From assembly GCF_009914755.1 (NCBI RefSeq), contig NC_060941.1: 64,000 nt of DNA. One strand, given 5' to 3'. The stretch is from the human T2T-CHM13v2.0 reference genome, Homo sapiens. Both the position numbers and the translations under genes were made by a program. Positions 1 to 15,499 of this stretch are shown one piece after another; the stretch's first letter is position 1; the number at the start of each line of letters is the position of its first letter. The notes beneath the pieces are model-generated. The model was not told the DNA's origin. It made no database searches and saw nothing but the letters and a program-made list of their open reading frames with translations.

Positions 1-141
1 CCAGCTAATTTTTGTATTTTTAGTAAAGACGGGGTTTCACCAAGTTGGCTAGGCTGGTCTCGAACTCCTGACCTCAGGTGATCCACCCACCTCGGCCTCC
101 CAAAGTGCTAGGATTACAGGCGTGAGCCATTGAGCTCGGCC
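1..141 (-). mobile_element. Alu (AluS), partial at the window edge
   Basis: Reverse-complement Alu left arm: ctcctgacctcaggtgatcc...ggattacaggcgtgagcc. Confidence 0.9.
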
Positions 142-519
142 AAATTATTCTTTTGCAAACTTATTTCTGTGTTTGCTTTCTTTCTATTTAGAGAGTTGTC
201 TTTAATTTTTCCAAGTGAATTTATCAATGGGTTTTCAAAGCTTTTTAAAGTTTTATTATTAAATTTATGCTTGCTTTACAAAAGGAACTCTTCAACTTTA
301 TGAATTTTTTCTATTAAATATTTAAGTATTCTATGATTCCCAAAGTTATTTGATCTTCCTAAATGTTTAAGTGAATTCAGTGGTCCTTATCAGTGCTTTT
401 GCAATTTTTCTTTTCTTGAATTCTTTATTTCCTGGTTGTATTAATTTTAACCCTAAGTGGTTCCTCTTTCATGTGGCTGTAATTTGTTCCTGGGTATTTT
501 TTTTCTTTTTTTTTTTTTT

Positions 520-1175
520 TGTTAAAAGGATTTTATTATTTATTTATTCATTTTTTGGAGCAGTTTTAGCTTCACAGCAAAATTGAGTGGCAGGTTAAGA
601 GATTTCTCATATACCCCCTGCCCTCATACAGGCACAGCCTCCGCCATTATTAACATTCCCCAACAAAGCAGTACATTTGTTAGAATTGATGAGCCTTATT
701 GACACATCTTTAACACCCAGAGTCCATAGTTTACATTAGAGCTTACTCTTGTTGTTGGACATTCTATAGGTTTGGACAAATTTTTAATTATATGTATCCA
801 CCATTATAGTATCATACAGGCCTAAAAATCCTCAGTGATCCACCTATTCATCCCTCACTCCCTATGACCCCTGGCAACCATTGATCTTTTCACTGTCTCC
901 ATAGTTTCGCCTTTTCCAGAATGTCATTTAGTTGTAATCATACAGTGTGTAGACTTTTCAGATTGGCTTCTTTCACTTAGTAATACGCATTTAAGTTTCC
1001 TCCATGTCTTTTCGTGACTTAAGAGCACATTTCTGTTTACCCAAAATAATATTCCATTGTCTGGATGTAACACAGTTTGTCTATTCACCATCTTGGACAT
1101 CTTGGTTGCTTCCAAGTTTTGACAATTATAATTAAAGCTGCTATAAACATCATTGTGCAGGTTTTTGTGTGGACC
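520..1175 (-). mobile_element. Old L1M (L1MB-like) 3' end
   Basis: Degenerate L1 3' end text; ORF 924-1115 resembles the ORF2 C-terminus. Confidence 0.7.
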
Positions 1176-2253
1176 AACTAATATTTTTCAGTAGGGCTTT
1201 TAAAACGTTTACTTCCACATTTTATATTTGATTATGTCTGACCTTTCCTAGAACTGCAACTTGGTAGATATAATTTTGGAAGAGAGAAATTCCATTTCCT
1301 TTCCCTCAGATGTGTGAAAAGTGACACATGGAATTGTAGGAGATAAATCTGAGGCAGTTGGAAGTTTTCTCTTTTATGATTGGTTTTCATTTACTTCTTG
1401 GGAGCCTTTATTTGGAAGTTTCATATCATAATGAATATTGATCATTCCATAACAGTTCTTTCTAAATTTAAGAATTTCTTCTATTATATTTTTATACATA
1501 GAATTATTTTAAAAGAATTATACATATGTGTAACAATGGATTTGCTACATAAAAACTATTAATTATTCTTTTGTTGGATTGGTTTTGTATTTACATCTTT
1601 TCTTATTGTTGTCTTGCTGATTATGGGGATTATCTTAATCCTTTATTTATATATGTAATTAGATTTTCAGCCTTTTTCAGAATTCATTATTAATTCTGAA
1701 ATTGTGCTGATGGTTAGTGTGTTTATGTGGATCTAAAATTTCTTTTTTTTTTGTATTCAAGATGTTTTATCATTGTGACTCTGAGCTTTTGTCTTATTAA
1801 ATGTGTATTCTTTTAAAAAATCTATAGAGAATGCTTGAATGGAAGTTTTATTTGTTCTGCATTGTTTTGGAATACTTTATTAATTTCTTTCTTATTGGGA
1901 AGTCATGCAGCACCTTTTTATCTTGGACATGTATAACATATGTAGGTCTACTGAGATCTTCTATTTGCTCTGATAAAGTGCTTATTATTTCTGAACAGGC
2001 TTTCTTTCTTGGCTGATATTGGTTTATCTTTTTATTATTATTATTATTATTATACTTTAAGTTTTAGGGTACATGTGCACATTGTGCAGGTTAGTTACAT
2101 ACGTATACATGTGCCATGCTGGTGTGCTGCACCCACTAACTCGTCATCTAGCATTAGGTATATCTCCCAATGCTATCCCTCCCCCCTCCCCCCACCCCAC
2201 AACAGTCCCCAGAGTGTGATGTTCCCCTTCCTGTGTCCATGTGATCTCATTGT

Positions 2254-6068
<3,815 letters not shown>

Positions 6069-6131
6069 TATGATGTTAGCTGGTTATTTTGCTCGTTAGT
6101 TGATGCAGTTTCTTCCTAGTCTCGATGGTCT

Positions 6132-7148
6132 TTACATTTTGGCATGATTTTGCAGAGGCTGGTACCAGTTGTTCCTTTCCATATTTAGCACTTCCTTCAG
6201 GAGCTCTTTTAGGGCAGGCCTGGTGGTGACAAAATCTCTCAGCATTTGCTTGTCTGTAAAGGATTTTATTTCTCCTTCACTTATGAAGCTTAGTTTGGCT
6301 GGATATGAAATTCTGGGTTGAAAATTCTTTTCTTTAAGAATGTTGAATATTGGCCCCCACTCTCTTCTGGCTTGTAGGGTTTCTGCCGAGAGATCCGCTG
6401 TTAGTCTGATGGGCTTCCCTTTGAGGGTAACCCGACCTTTCTCTCTGGCTGCCCTTAACATTTTTTCCTTCATTTCAACTTTGGTGAATCTGACAATTAT
6501 GTGTCTTGGAGTTGCTCTTCTCGAGGAGTATCTTTGTGGCGTTCTCTGTATTTCCTGAATCTGAACGTTGGCCTGCCTTGCTAGATTGGGGAAATTCTCC
6601 TGGATACTATCCTGCAGAGTGTTTTCCAACTTGGTTCCATTCTCCCCATCACTTTCAGGTACACCAATCAGACGTAGATTTGGTCTTTTCACATAGTCCC
6701 ATATTTCTTGGAGGTTTTGCTGATTTCTTTTTATTCTTTTTTCTCTAAACTTCCCTTCTCGCTTCATTTCATTCATTTCATCTTCCATCGCTGATACCCT
6801 TTCTTCCAGTTGATCACGTGGGCTCCTGAGGCTTCTGCATTCTTCACGTAGTTCTCGAGCCTTGGTTTTCAGCTCTATCAGCTCCTTTAAGCACTTCTCT
6901 GTATTCGTTATTCTAGTTATACTTTCTTCTAAATTTTTTTCAAAGTTTTCAACTTCTTTGCCTTTGGTTTGCATGTCTTCCCGTAGCTCAGAGTAATTTG
7001 ATCGTCTGAAGCCTTCTTCTCTCAGCTTGTCAAAGTCATTCTCCATCCAGCTTTGTTCCGTTGCTGGTGAGGAGCTGCACTCCTTTGGAGGAGGAGAGGC
7101 GCTCTGATTTTTAGAGTTTCCAGTTTTTCTGTTCTGTTTTTTCCCCAT
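6132..7148 (-). CDS. LINE-1 ORF1p, intact 338 aa reading frame
   Basis: MGKKQNRKTGNSK...QNHAKM; REKG, ARR and YPAKLS motifs retained. Confidence 0.9.
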   Translation of the reverse strand: MGKKQNRKTGNSKNQSASPPPKECSSSPATEQSWMENDFDKLREEGFRRSNYSELREDMQTKGKEVENFEKNLEESITRITNTEKCLKELIELKTKARELREECRSLRSPRDQLEERVSAMEDEMNEMKREGKFREKRIKRNQQNLQEIWDYVKRPNLRLIGVPESDGENGTKLENTLQDSIQENFPNLARQANVQIQEIQRTPQRYSSRRATPRHIIVRFTKVEMKEKMLRAAREKGRVTLKGKPIRLTADLSAETLQARREWGPIFNILKEKNFQPRISYPAKLSFISEGEIKSFTDKQMLRDFVTTRPALKELLKEVLNMERNNWYQPLQNHAKM

Positions 7149-8059
7149 CTTTGTGGTTTTATCTACTTTTGGTCTTTGATGATGGTGATGTACAGATGGG
7201 GTTTTTGGTGTGGATGTCCTTTCTGTTTGTTAGTTTTCCTTCTAACGGACAGGACCCTGAGCTGCAGGTCTGTTGGAGTACCCTGCAGTGTGAGGTGTCA
7301 GTGTGCCCCTGCTGGAGGGTGCCTCCCAGTTAGGCTGCTCAGGGGTCAGGGACCCACTTGAGGAGGCAGTCTGCCTGTTCTCAGATCTCCAGCTGCGTAC
7401 TGGGAGAACCACTGCTTTCTTCAAAGCTGTCAGACAGGGACATTTAAGTCTGCAGAGGTTACTGCTGTCTTTTTGTTTGTCTGTGCCCTGCCCCCAGAGG
7501 TGGAGCCTACAGAGGCAGGTAGGCCTCCTTGAGCTGTGGTGGGCTCCACCCAGTTCGAGCTTCCCAGCTGCTTTGTTTACCTAAGCAAGCCTGGGCAATG
7601 GCAGGCGCCCCTCCCCCAGCCTCGCTGCCGCCTTGCAGTTTGATCTCAGACTGCTGTGCTAGCAATCAGCGAGACTCCGTGGGCGTAGGACCCTCCGAGC
7701 CAGGTGGGGGATATAATCTCGTGGTGCGCCGTTTTTTAAGCCCGTCGGAAAAGTGCAGTATTCGGGTGGGAGTGACCCGATTTTCCCGATTTTCCAGGTG
7801 CCGTCCGTCACCCCTTTCTTTGATTAAGAAAGGGAACTCCCTGACCCCTTGCGCTTCCCGAGTGAGGCAATGCCTCGCCCTGCTTCGGCTCGTGCATGGT
7901 GCGCGCACCCACTGACCTGCGCCCACTGTCTGGCACTCCCTAGTGAGATGAACCCGCTACCTCAGATGGAAATGCAGAAATCACCCGTCTTCTGCGTCGC
8001 TCAGGCTGGGAGCTGTAGACCGGAGCTGTTCCTATTCGGCCATCTTGGCTCGTCCCTCC
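7149..8059. promoter_or_regulatory. L1 5' UTR bidirectional promoter (sense and antisense), CpG-rich
   Basis: Intact 911-bp 5' UTR; dense CpGs at ~7600-8050; YY1 site at ~8038-8047. Confidence 0.75.
7598..7915 (+). CDS. LINE-1 antisense ORF0 (105 aa open frame)
   Basis: MAGAPPPASLPPCSLISDCCASNQRDSVGVGPSEPG... matches primate ORF0; good Kozak context gcaATGg; translation unproven. Confidence 0.65.
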   Translation: MAGAPPPASLPPCSLISDCCASNQRDSVGVGPSEPGGGYNLVVRRFLSPSEKCSIRVGVTRFSRFSRCRPSPLSLIKKGNSLTPCASRVRQCLALLRLVHGARTH

Positions 8060-9109
8060 TGGCTTATCTTTTTCTCTGAGTAATATTTTGATGTAGGGCC
8101 TTGCTTTCTATCAGTACCTTTGAAGCCTGGAGGCCTAGATGCATACAGCGTCCTCAGCTTAGGCTGTGTGTAGCCTTATTGCTTTCTCCTTTAGGTCATG
8201 TCCAGTGTTCTGCACCAGTTTTCACCCTACCTAGTAGGCAGTGAATCTCATTGTCAAGGGGTGGGCACCCTATTAGACGTTGGGCCACAGTCCAATTCAG
8301 TCCAGAGCCCTGTAAAATAGCAAACCTCAGCATCCCGCCTCTCCAGGTGAAGCATTCTTCTCTCAAGGGTTTTTATTTACCTGTGCTAGGATGTTAACTC
8401 AGTCACTCATGTATACCTTTTTAGAGCCAATTATTAGCATTTTATCAACTAAGTTTTCCTCATCAAAATTGCTTGTTGAGGATGGAAGTAGACTTAGGAA
8501 AAGCTCCGTATCAGGGACTTCGTTCCTTGGCCACCACATTTCCACTTCGGTTTTCTTTGTTTCGTTCTACCCTGCTCTACGAACAAAGAGGTTCTCTGTC
8601 TACATACCTAATCAAATATAACTTGTATGATGTTTAATTTAAATTTCTACATGCTGGCTTATTTTTTTTTCCAACTAATCTTCTAGTTCTGAAACAGGTG
8701 ATTTAAGTTCCACTTGGATCTTTGGAGAGGATTGTGTGATGTATTTTGCTGTTGTGTATTATTTGCTAAACAAATAAGGAGACTTCCATTTTCTGCATGG
8801 ATTTTGCATTTTGTCAACATATTTCTTTCCTTATTTAAGACTTTAGGTCTAGAACTTGACTTCATCTGCTATTTGGGCAGCCATTTCTAATTTCCTCATT
8901 TTAAAAATGCCTGTTAAGTCATTGCCCATGACTTAGATGTGTTTATTTTAAAAAACATATAGCTAATTTTTTTAACCCAGTCTGGAAGTCATTGTCTTTT
9001 CTTCTTATTTTCTAATTTGTATTTACTCATGGTATTTTATTTTAGTTTCTTTCAAATGTGAGGCATCCCCCATATCATCCCCTGGAATTCTCATACTCTG
9101 TGGGTGGTT

Positions 9110-9740
9110 CCACCTCTTTGAAAAACTGTTTGGCAAGATCAACTAAAGTTGAACATAAAGTTGAATACATTGTGACCTAGTAATTCCACTGCTAGGTTTA
9201 CATCTCAAGATATACACACACATGCAACAAAAGACATACAAGAACAAGAAAGTTCATGGCAGTGTTATTTATAGCAGTTCAAAACAAGAAGCCACTTGAA
9301 TGTCCATCAACAATGAATAAATAAATTATAGCACATTCATCAGTAGACTATTACAGCAATGAAAAGGAATAAACTATTCTGGTTGTTATCAAATGCAACA
9401 GCATGGATGATTCTAAATAACCTATTGTCGATTATATACAGATATATAATTATGCCTTCTACATGATTCCATTTTTATTAAGTTCAGAAACTGGCTACAT
9501 TACCTATGTTAATATAATAGGAGTAATGATTTTTACAAGGAGGAGGGAAATTGGAAATGGGATGGAAGGGGGCTTCTAGGGTTCTAGTATTGTTCTATTT
9601 ATTGATGTACCTGGTAGTTTTGGGGAAGTGCTCAAAAAAACTACCAGACACATCAATAAATAGAACATTACTAGGTGTGCTTAAAATGTGTGAACTTTTC
9701 TATAATGTAGGCTATACTTTTCAACTAAAATTTATTTTGA
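9110..9740 (+). mobile_element. Degraded L1M 3' fragment
   Basis: gacctagtaattccactgctagg...aatgtccatcaaca. Confidence 0.5.
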
Positions 9741-10043
9741 AAAGATCTCATTGGATATTATATAGAAAATAGTTCACAGGAGGCAAGAGTAGAAACAGAG
9801 AGACCAGTTACAGATATGTTGCGCTACTCTAGGTGACAGAGTATGAAAGCATAGGCAATGGATAGAGCAGTGAAGTTGGGACACATCAGGCAGACTGGGA
9901 AATGTCTAGAGTTTAAATGACATGCATGTGGATTGAATGAAGGAAAAAATGGGGCGTGATCAAGGATGATTCCAAACTTTTAGAATGAGAAAATAGCTAG
10001 GTGGATTCTGCTGCAATAATGTAATCTATTCAGAAATGATGAA

Positions 10044-10328
10044 GGCCAGGCACAGTGGCTCACGCCTGTAATCCCAGCACTTTGGGTGGGTCATGAGGTC
10101 AGGAGTTCACGACCAGCCTGGCCAATATGGTGAAACCCCGTCTCTACTAAAAATACAAAAATTAGCCGGGTGTGGTGGCGCACACCTGTAATCCTAGCTA
10201 CTCAGGAGGCTGAGGCAGGAGAATTGCTTGAACATGGGAGGCGGAGGTTGCAGTGAGCTGAGATCATTCCACTGCACTCCAGCCTGGGCGACAGAGCGAG
10301 ACTCTGTCTCAGAAAGAAAAAGAAAAAA
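10044..10328 (+). mobile_element. AluS (Sg-like) with a small internal deletion
   Basis: Dimeric Alu with A-tail; TSD agaaatgatgaa at 10032-10043 and 10329-10340. Confidence 0.92.
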
Positions 10329-10668
10329 AGAAATGATGAAGAATAAGATTGAGGTGACAATTACATTTCCGGTATGTGATCACTAAGGTCTTCTTTAAAT
10401 ATTCAGGTGAAATTGCAAGTGAATTGCTAGAAGCAGAAGTCTCTACTCAGGGGAGAAGTTAGACCTGGAGATATGTTTGAAGAGCATAGTTTATAGATAA
10501 CATACACTCACTCATAGAGTAGACTTTAAATAGTACTTTGATTATCTTAGAAGAATTAAAATTTTCTAGAGAGCAATAATAATTTGCCACTCTGCTTAGC
10601 ACAAAGATTAAACATGTTCTTGGATTTATGAAAAATGGTAAAATAATAGGTAGTATATGCATACTCAC

Positions 10669-10782
10669 AATTAAGAAGAAAAATGACCAAATGCCACTAT
10701 TTTTTCTCCCATTGCGAAAAATGAATGAAATCACATATGTCAAGAAAACAAGAGATGAGACATAGCCAATACTACACAGGAT
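10669..10782 (-). CDS. ABCA9: ABCA9 exon 25
   Basis: [38 protein letters not shown]; 114 nt; GTGAGT donor. Confidence 0.95.
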
Positions 10783-10971
10783 CTGAAAACAGAAATGTTA
10801 AGGTCCAATAAGGTAAATACTATCTAGAAGAGTACTCATATTTACTCTTCAATTTTCCAAAACTATGCAATAGCACAGGTAATTTGAAGTTCTTTGGTTT
10901 AAGATTAATGATATTACTGCATTCATGAAAAAATAGTCTAATAAAACCATTTCAAAATTGCTGCCACTTAC

Positions 10972-11145
10972 TTGAATTAACAGGTTTTGAATTATAAATA
11001 TAATCTCCTCTGGGCTAAAAATATAATCCATTATTTGCATTAGCAGGAGGATCAAAAAGTACAGGGAAACATCCACCAGTGCTTGGCCAAACCAGTATGC
11101 AGAAGGGTAGAGGCCTGAAATCCGTAGCTGGGAATGAGCTTTTTT
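10972..11145 (-). CDS. ABCA9: ABCA9 exon 24
   Basis: KKAHSQLRISGLYPSAYWFGQALVD...IQNLLIQ; 174 nt. Confidence 0.95.
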
Positions 11146-12772
11146 CTGATAAAGAAATAGAAGAATCATCAAAAGGTTCTGAAGAGCTGAAGTTTGGGAA
11201 ATTGCAAATATACAGTCATGAAAGCATTCATTTTTGCTTCGCCTTTTAGAAATATTATCCTGATTTAGCAAATGATACCACCACTCGCCACACCCTTGTT
11301 CAGAGGCATTGATAATGCTGCAAGCCACGTCATTATTTCATTGTCTAAAGGGAAAACGCACCAACATAACTAGCTAATGTTATGTCACAGAATGATTGGG
11401 CATGGCCTCAGTGAGAAGACATCTTTTCTTTGCAAGACTATTCTTTCCTTCGACGTGAAAACTTGCACATTGCACAAAGGTTCAACAGAAGTAGGATTAC
11501 CATTTCCTGTAAGACACTTAAAATTTATGCTGAATGTAAACAGTGCATTTATCATTGGCATTTTATTTTGGGTCTAAGAAATGGTCCTCTAGTTGATTTC
11601 ATTTAAAAACTGTTTAGGTTGGAATCGGCAAGACTGCCTTTAAAATGTTGCACTATTCTTATTGTCTTGCCGTAAGTCATATTTTTCATCATCACACTGT
11701 GAAAACTGGTGAGTGGATTTTGCTATTGTGACCACTATAAGTCACATTATTGCAGTGATTGTCATAACACAAGGTCTTGAAAATGTGACCTGGACTATTT
11801 TAAACAGTAAAGCATAAAGGCAATTAAAATTTCAAATCTAAAATTGAGTCTATATAAGGAGATTCATTAGCAAAAAACTGGAATGCAAATAATTCTGGAA
11901 AGGAGAGTACATCTGGAAGGAAGTAGGAAAGAGGATGATAGTGAGGACCGTTAGAGAGCTTGCTATTTTCTATTCATCAACTTATTTAATATATATTTAC
12001 AGAATGTATACCGTATGGCTGGCTTCATATTGGTCACGGGGCACTTATAAATTTAAGTTGCAGGGGAAGAGGAAATAGAGGCAATAGGCAAATAAATATA
12101 GTGATAGCTACCTAAGTAAAATTGTACATGTGTTAAGAAGAATTCAGGGTTGTATTACAGCCTTTCAAAGAGAAACGAATTGTAACTCGGGGGTCAGGTC
12201 AGAGAAGGTTCCCTTGTGAAGTCATGAGTTAGGGTATGGGCAGTGAATAGGATATATCTGGGTGACCGGTCAGAAAGCACTGTGGGCAGAGAGAACAGCA
12301 GGAGAGAAGACCCTTCCGTGGAAAGAGGCTGATGTTCTGGGAAGCTAGAAAGAAGCCAGTGTGGCTGGAGCATGGTTATCAAGGTGTCAGTAGCATCAGA
12401 TTAAGGGAGTAAGATACACCTGGGCCCAGATCACTCATGGCTTTCAGACAATGGCAAGGATTTCAATCCTGCTCCTTGGTATGACGAGAAACCATTGAAG
12501 AGATTTAGACAGAGAATTAACATGGTCAGCTTTGTGTTTTTAAGGTATTACTCTGTCACACTGGATGAAAAATAGAGACGACTAATATGGACTTATAGGG
12601 TGGCTGTTGTGCTCATCCAGAAGAGAGATGATGATGGCTCTGGCTGGTGTTTTGTAGGAGAGATGGAGGAAAACTTTCTAGAAAGATTCCATAAATATTT
12701 CAGAAGTATATTCCGTGACTTCACCATTAGCCAGCTATGAAGATGAGAGAGAAAGAAAGACATTGACATCGT

Positions 12773-12933
12773 GGGGTTGCCAGTTAAATTTGAATTTTAG
12801 ATAAATAACTTTTTGAGTATAAATATGTCCCATGCAATATCTGGAAAATACTTATACTAAAAAAATTCATTGTTTCTCATATTAAATCTTAACTGGGTGT
12901 CTGTAATTTTATTTGCTTAATTCTGGCATCCTA
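12773..12933. mobile_element. MER53-like palindromic hAT MITE
   Basis: Terminal ggggttgccag / ctggcatccta and a palindromic AT-rich core. Confidence 0.65.
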
Positions 12934-14886
12934 ACAAAAATAGCTCTTAGGTTTCAGTCAAGAGTAAAAGAATGAAAGGTGATCCATTATTTATAGAGAT
13001 GAGTAACAACGAAGTACGTAAAATTTAGAGAAAAACATTCCTGTGCTGATGATGTTTATTCCTAGTTGACAGGAGACAGTTAATTAAAAAAAAAAAAAAA
13101 GCAAAGGTTCAGATAATGATAAGTACCATGCATAGATTTTTAAGATAAGCTCATATAATAGTTATGGGAAATCTATTTCAGACTGGTTAAGCAGAGAAGG
13201 GGTCTTGGCTGAAATACTTAAATATTTGCGCTGAGATCTGAATTACAAAAAAGCCAGCTGTAGAAAGAACAGAAGAAAGAGCATTCCAGCCAGAAGAAAT
13301 GGCCAATGTAAAGGCCCAGATGATATTGGCATATTTGAGAACCAGAAGGAAAAGTGGGGTAGCTAGAGGAGGAGAGTACAAGGAGGAAAGGTAGAGAGAT
13401 AAACAAGAGACAAATGAGGGAGGGAGGGCTCTGCCAGACAACATAAATAATTAGAATTTAATTCTACCTGCAAAGAGAAACTGCCGGGGTTGTTAAATAA
13501 GGTAATGAGATGATCTAATTTAAACTTCTGAAAGTTTGCTCTGGTTGTATGAAAGGAATTAATTGCAAATAAGGAAACCTATGGGTAACTCTTGCAGTGG
13601 TTTAGGCAAGGAATGATGATGACTTAGACCACGAAGAAAATAGTGGAGAGGGAGAGAAATGGATGGGTTTGAAGTAGAACTTAAAAGAATTTCCAATGGA
13701 TTAAATAAAGGAGATAAAGAGACAACGATAATGCGAAAATTTTATGCTAGAGCAACTGTAGACAATAGTGCCATTTGCTAAAATAGGAAAATCATGAAGT
13801 GAGCACAACTGGTTAGGAAAATAAAAAGTTTTATTTTGCCCATGTGTGAAATATCTATTACTCAGCTATATGGTAATATCACATAGGCCACTGTACATAT
13901 AGAAGTCAAGAATTCTGGAACTAGCTGAAAAGGGCCCTAGAACTAAAGCCTGGACATTTAGACATCAAGCATTAACATTTATGGGAAAGTTACTATATGG
14001 CAAGTATGGTTCTAAGTAACTCATTGGTATTATATCACCACATCCTCACAGAAACCTATTTCAAATAGATGTAACTAGTATCTCATTTTATAGACGATCA
14101 AAATGAGGCATAGAGTGATTAAGTAACTTTTGAGATTCATGCAGCTTGACAATGGAAATATTGAGATTTGAACTCAGAGGAGTTTACCCCAAAAAAAGTG
14201 TGAGAAAGAGTGACAAGAGCAGGAGGAAAAAGACAGTGAATGTGTGGTCTTATAAAAGTAAAGGAAAAATAGTATTTTGTGTTTCTTATGGGAGAAGTCA
14301 CTAAAGATAGGGACAGTTTAAGAGCAGAATAAATAAAAATTAAGTCAAGCCCTTCAAAAACATGTCCTGAGCATCAGTGGATGATGACAAGGACATGAAG
14401 ACATGGGAGAGTAGCAGATAGACTCTGTTACAGGCTCCTCGAATTTTATTTTTTAAAAACTCACAAAAATGGAGCTTTAAATGGACAATATTTTCCAACA
14501 ACAAGTCAAAGTGCTGTGGTGAGTTGGTCAGGGCTTTTAAACTGAGTAGCTTTAGCACCATCTGGAAAGTAGAAACCACCATTGAGAGATGAGATGTGAT
14601 TATGTCTGTGAGTAAGTCTTATAAGTCAAATTTTAAGTGATAAACATTTGAAAGTTGTCATTCCCTGTTAGCAGATGACATCTAAGCTGTCCTTCCTGAG
14701 GTCTCACATTTGTTTCAGAAAGATAGCATTTTCTTCATATTTGACAATTATTATTAAAGTGCTTGATTATTCATTGCATCAAGTACAAAAATTAGATTTA
14801 CCACTTGCATGTAAATTTATAGTCGTAAGGGTGTGGGAAGGGTTCTCTAGATATAAAAAACATGTGAAGACTTTAACTCTTCTTAC

Positions 14887-14994
14887 TTTGTAGTCACCAA
14901 TGCTGCTCATTGCAATGTATGGAGTGAAAGAGGCTGCCATCGGTATCCAGAAGAAGGTGTTACTTCGGTACCCATACTCATAATCCATATGCTC
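14887..14994 (-). CDS. ABCA9: ABCA9 exon 23
   Basis: EHMDYEYGYRSNTFFWIPMAASFTPYIAMSSIGDYK; 108 nt. Confidence 0.95.
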
Positions 14995-15499
14995 CTGAAA
15001 TCATGTGGAACATGGTGAGCTGATGGCGATTGGGCATCTGTTTCATCTGTACTTTCTTAACTAAATCACTCAAATAAATGAATTGAGCTGATCACTCAAA
15101 GTGCTTCTCAAGGTCCTATATGCAACTTCTTACCCACATTCATTTTCAATCCTGTATTGCAGCAACTAGGACCTTCTGAACACGTAGCCTGATTTACTTA
15201 TGAAGAAGCAAATTCAACCAAGTGATACGAATTGTCTAAGGTCATACAGTTAATAACTTGTAAGGTAGGCATGAAACGTCTTTTCTCTGACTTTATGGTT
15301 ACAATCTTACATGCATTGCTTATATACATCAAGGCTGATGTTTTAAGAGACAATAGAGATTGTGGACTGTCAGTGGAGGGGCTAGGAGAAAAATGGTCAG
15401 CACGCCCTCCATGTTAGGCACTATGTTAAAAAAAAAAATCAAAACCCTGTACATATTAAAGAGGATCTTGAGTTTTGCTACAAGCCTTAATTTTGAAAA

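Noticed and set aside
2177-2200. G-quadruplex-forming tract
   Set aside because: Standard feature of L1PA 3' UTRs, not specific to this locus.
10849-11328. 159-aa minus-strand ORF as a separate gene
   Set aside because: It is ABCA9 exon 24 with stop-free intronic flanks; splice sites define 10972-11145.
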